In this document: piece by piece, positions 29,276 through 32,000 of the stretch
Layout of the letters: each line of letters opens with the position of its first letter
How positions within the stretch are numbered: the stretch's first letter is position 1
NCBI GenBank assembly: GCA_963706795.1
Contig: OY970170.1
Coordinates: 780,001 to 812,000, forward strand
DNA length: 32,000 nt
Direction of reading: 5' to 3'
DNA from: Candidatus Saccharimonadota bacterium
GTDB taxonomy: Bacteria > Patescibacteriota > Gracilibacteria > BD1-5 > UBA2023
The notes under the pieces: generated by a model
What the model was told of the DNA's origin: nothing
What the model saw: only the letters and a program-made list of their open reading frames with translations
Databases searched by the model: none
Position numbers and translations under genes: made by a program

Positions 29276-32000
29276 ATGAAACACACAAAAAACCTACTTT
29301 CGGCACTTTTGCTCGTAATGTCCGTAATCAGCCCTTCTGTTCAGGCTCTTACGGTGGCTGATGCTGTTAATTCGATGCAGGCTGCGCCTCCTTCGGATCT
29401 CCCATCGGTTGCAAATCCACGAGGGAATATTGGATATATTCTGTCGACTATTTTTTATGGATCGTCGGATGGTGCTCTCAATGGCAAAATCAAACCACAG
29501 TATCTTGATCTCTCTGGAGTATCGAGTGGAGGAGGAACTTCTCAGTGGACTACGACCGGATCTTCGATCTATTATGGATCGACAGTCGGTATCGGTACGA
29601 GCAATCCAAATACTGCATACACACTCGATGTAGCAGGTGGTATCCGTGCTTCAAATGGAATTACGATTACAGCAGGAAGTGTTTCGCTTCCAACGGGTGC
29701 GATCAGCTCAAATGCCATTGCAGACGGATCACTCCTCTTTGCTGACTGGAATCAAAACTGATGTACGGTTGGTCAGATCCCAAAGTGGAATGGCTCTGCA
29801 TGGGCCTGCTCGGGTGACTCGGGTGTTGGATCAGAAACCGATCCTGTTTGGACTGCAGCAATTAATAACTACTACACAAAAACTAATCTCCAGACTTCTG
29901 GTCAGGCAAGCGTAAATTGGGGGAATCTCACGAGCGTTCCTACAGCATCAACAGCCACTTCGGGTATCGTTTTGCTTGTAGATGGAACGGGTTCTACTTC
30001 AACAACGAGTGCTGCGACAGCAAACTCAGTAAAAACTCTCTGGGATAGTATCGTCGGCAAACTTACAGGAAGCGGAACCGTGAATTATATTCCAAAATTT
30101 AACTCGACTGGATCAGTTGCAAACTCACAGATCTTTGATGACGGAACCTATGTTGGAGTCGGAACGCCAACACCTACCGAAAAATTCGAAGTCGCTGGAA
30201 ATATCAAGCTCTCAGGAGGAGTACCTACCTACCGCATTACCAATCTCGCAAGCCCCATTGGTAATGATGATGCTGCGAATAAGGGGTATGTAGATACCAA
30301 GGTTTCTGCAGCGGGAAGTGCAGTCTCAAACAGCTATCTCTCAAACGGATCCTACTATTCAGAAGGAGGATCGCCATATTTTTGTAAGCTCAACACACTC
30401 GCAGGAACGGTCCAAAAGATCACTCCAGTCAATCAGAATCAACTCTGTGATACTGCGTCAAATCTCTATTGTAATGCAGGTCTCTGTAATGCTTCGGCAA
30501 GTACTATTGCCTCTATCCGCAGTAGCAATCAGCTCGTAAGTGCGAAAGATGACAAGTCATGTTCGGTTAATAACGGGCAGGTCTACTGCTGGGGATATAC
30601 TGGAAATGGTCAGAAATATCTCGGTCTCTCGCTTGCGGGTGTAAATGACAGTGGAAACGGACATACATGTGCACTTCTCTGAAATGGTCAGATCAAGTGT
30701 TGGGGAACCAATACTTCTGGTCAGCTTGGGAATGGTACAAATTCAGCCTCGTCTATTCCAGTTTCGGTAAGTGGTATCTCAAATGCTATCAAGGTGGTAA
30801 CAGGAAGCTCGATGTACAGCACCGCCAATGGTATGAGCTGTGCGCTCCTTGCTGATGGAACAATCAAGTGTTGGGGAAATAACGCAGTTGGCCAGCTCGG
30901 CGATACAACTACGACCAATCGAAATACTCCCGTGAGCGTTTCGGGTATCTCAAATGCAATCGATATCGCCATCGGAAATCCAAATGCATCAGCAAGTGCG
31001 ACGGTTTGTGCTGTACTCTCAACAGGTGGAGTAAAGTGCTGGGGATACGGAGGAAATGGTCAGCTCTGAAATGCTGCAAGCTCAAATAGTGCTACACCAG
31101 TAACAGTAAGTAGTCTCACAAATGCACTCCGTATTTATGCATCTGGAGTAGCGGATACCACAAATGGAACAATGTGTGCTCTCATTTCAGACGGTACGAT
31201 AAAGTGCTGGGGTACGCTTCCAGGTGCGAATAGTGCAACGGCTGTGTCTGGTATTACGAATGCAGTTGATCTCTCGATTAGTAACTCGAATGGAAGTTCA
31301 TCTTTTGCTTGTGCAGTCCTCGCAACTGGTTCGATCAAGTGTTGGGGAACAAATGGTTACGGGCAGCTCTGAGATGGAACACAAACAAACTCAGCCACTC
31401 CTGTAACGGTTGCTGGTATCTCAAATGCGCTCAAGGTCTATACCTCTATGAGTGCTGCAGGTACAGCCTATGCCTATGCCTGTGCGCTCCTTGCAGATGG
31501 TACCATCAAATGTTGGGGAAATGAAGTAAGTGGACAATTTGGAGATGGAACAGCCAGTGCTCTCAGACTCACGCCAGTAACAGTAAATGGTATCACGAAT
31601 GCAATTGATCTCTCAATTGCTCAAACTTCTGGATCTGATGGATCATCATTTGCCTGTGCGACACTCGCAAATGGTCAGGTAAAATGTTGGGGAGCTGCTA
31701 GCGTAAATCAGCTTGGATATGCCTCTACGACAACCGCAACGTCGCCAGTAACTGTACAGGGGATTTTTACTGCTCAAAAAGTATTCGTAACAGGAAATTC
31801 ATCATCATCGACAGTTTCACAATGATATGCCTGTGCTATCCTTGCAGAAGGTGGTATCTCATGTTGGGGACAAAATTCTGACGGTCAGCTCGGAGATAAT
31901 ACAACTGCTAACAAGACCACTGCTACACCGGTGTATTCTGCGAATGGTCTCTATTATACGGGTATTGGAAACCTCACTGCTGATAAGATGAGTCCAGAAC
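29276..32000 (+). CDS. Giant secreted surface protein with a tail-fibre-like N-terminal region and at least 9 RCC1 beta-propeller repeats. It is 3' partial, with more than 900 aa inside the window.
   Basis: Frame-2 fragments 29249-29761, 29972-30682, 30794-31069, 31172-31372 and 31448-31825 join through TGAs. The signal peptide is MKHTKNLLSALLLVMSVISPSVQA; an upstream ATG at 29249 is also possible. Fibre-like motifs are VGIGTSNPNTAYTLDVAG, GQIPKWNGSAWAC, ATSGIVLLVDGTGSTSTTSAATANSV and NDDAANKGYVD. The RCC1 unit CALLADGTIKCWG.N..GQLG(TGA)DG is iterated. No stop occurs before position 32000. Confidence 0.85.

Noticed and set aside
1-32000. Widespread apparent pseudogenisation: most genes are split into several short ORFs in the supplied track.
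   Set aside because: All breaks are TGA, are in frame, and fall on conserved Gly positions. No frameshifts are needed. This is a recoded stop codon (table 25), not gene decay.

Overview
This is a gene-dense window of about 44% GC by eye. It only makes sense when TGA is read as glycine (genetic code 25, used by Gracilibacteria and Absconditabacteria/SR1 of the Candidate Phyla Radiation). The supplied standard-code ORF track splits nearly every real gene at in-frame TGA codons. Those TGAs fall on invariant glycines in at least six unrelated protein families, and every gene I can close ends in TAA or TAG. Re-joining same-frame fragments gives about 33 CDS and one tRNA. They are: two very large TPR/Sel1-like helical-repeat proteins (1-5307); pnp; an unknown protein; a UPF0020-type RNA methyltransferase; tRNA-Leu(CAG); efp with Arg32; an ABC exporter; a GyrI-like protein; earP (the EF-P arginine rhamnosyltransferase); an m5C RNA methyltransferase; a small basic protein; nusB; rnc; rpmH-rnpA-yidC; a small Lys/Pro/Thr-rich secreted protein; an OmpR/histidine-kinase pair; tilS; an RNHCP zinc-ribbon protein; a short PilB/GspE ATPase; three unknown secreted, membrane or cytoplasmic proteins; a lipoprotein Bcp peroxiredoxin; a secreted GH26-like hydrolase; a DUF1003-like membrane protein with a 21-nt tandem repeat; a type IV pilin; a secreted repeat protein; and a giant signal-peptide protein that joins tail-fibre-like motifs to at least 9 RCC1 blades and runs off the 3' edge. 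The main observations are the UGA-to-Gly recoding, an EarP/EF-P(R32) pair in a CPR-type genome, a pilin plus giant fibre/RCC1 surface locus, the uncharacterised giant TPR pair, and a 21-nt duplication of the tRNA-Leu 3' end flanking a hairpin-rich 95-nt insert. All coordinates and translations were derived by hand. Family assignments rest on remembered motifs, not on searches.
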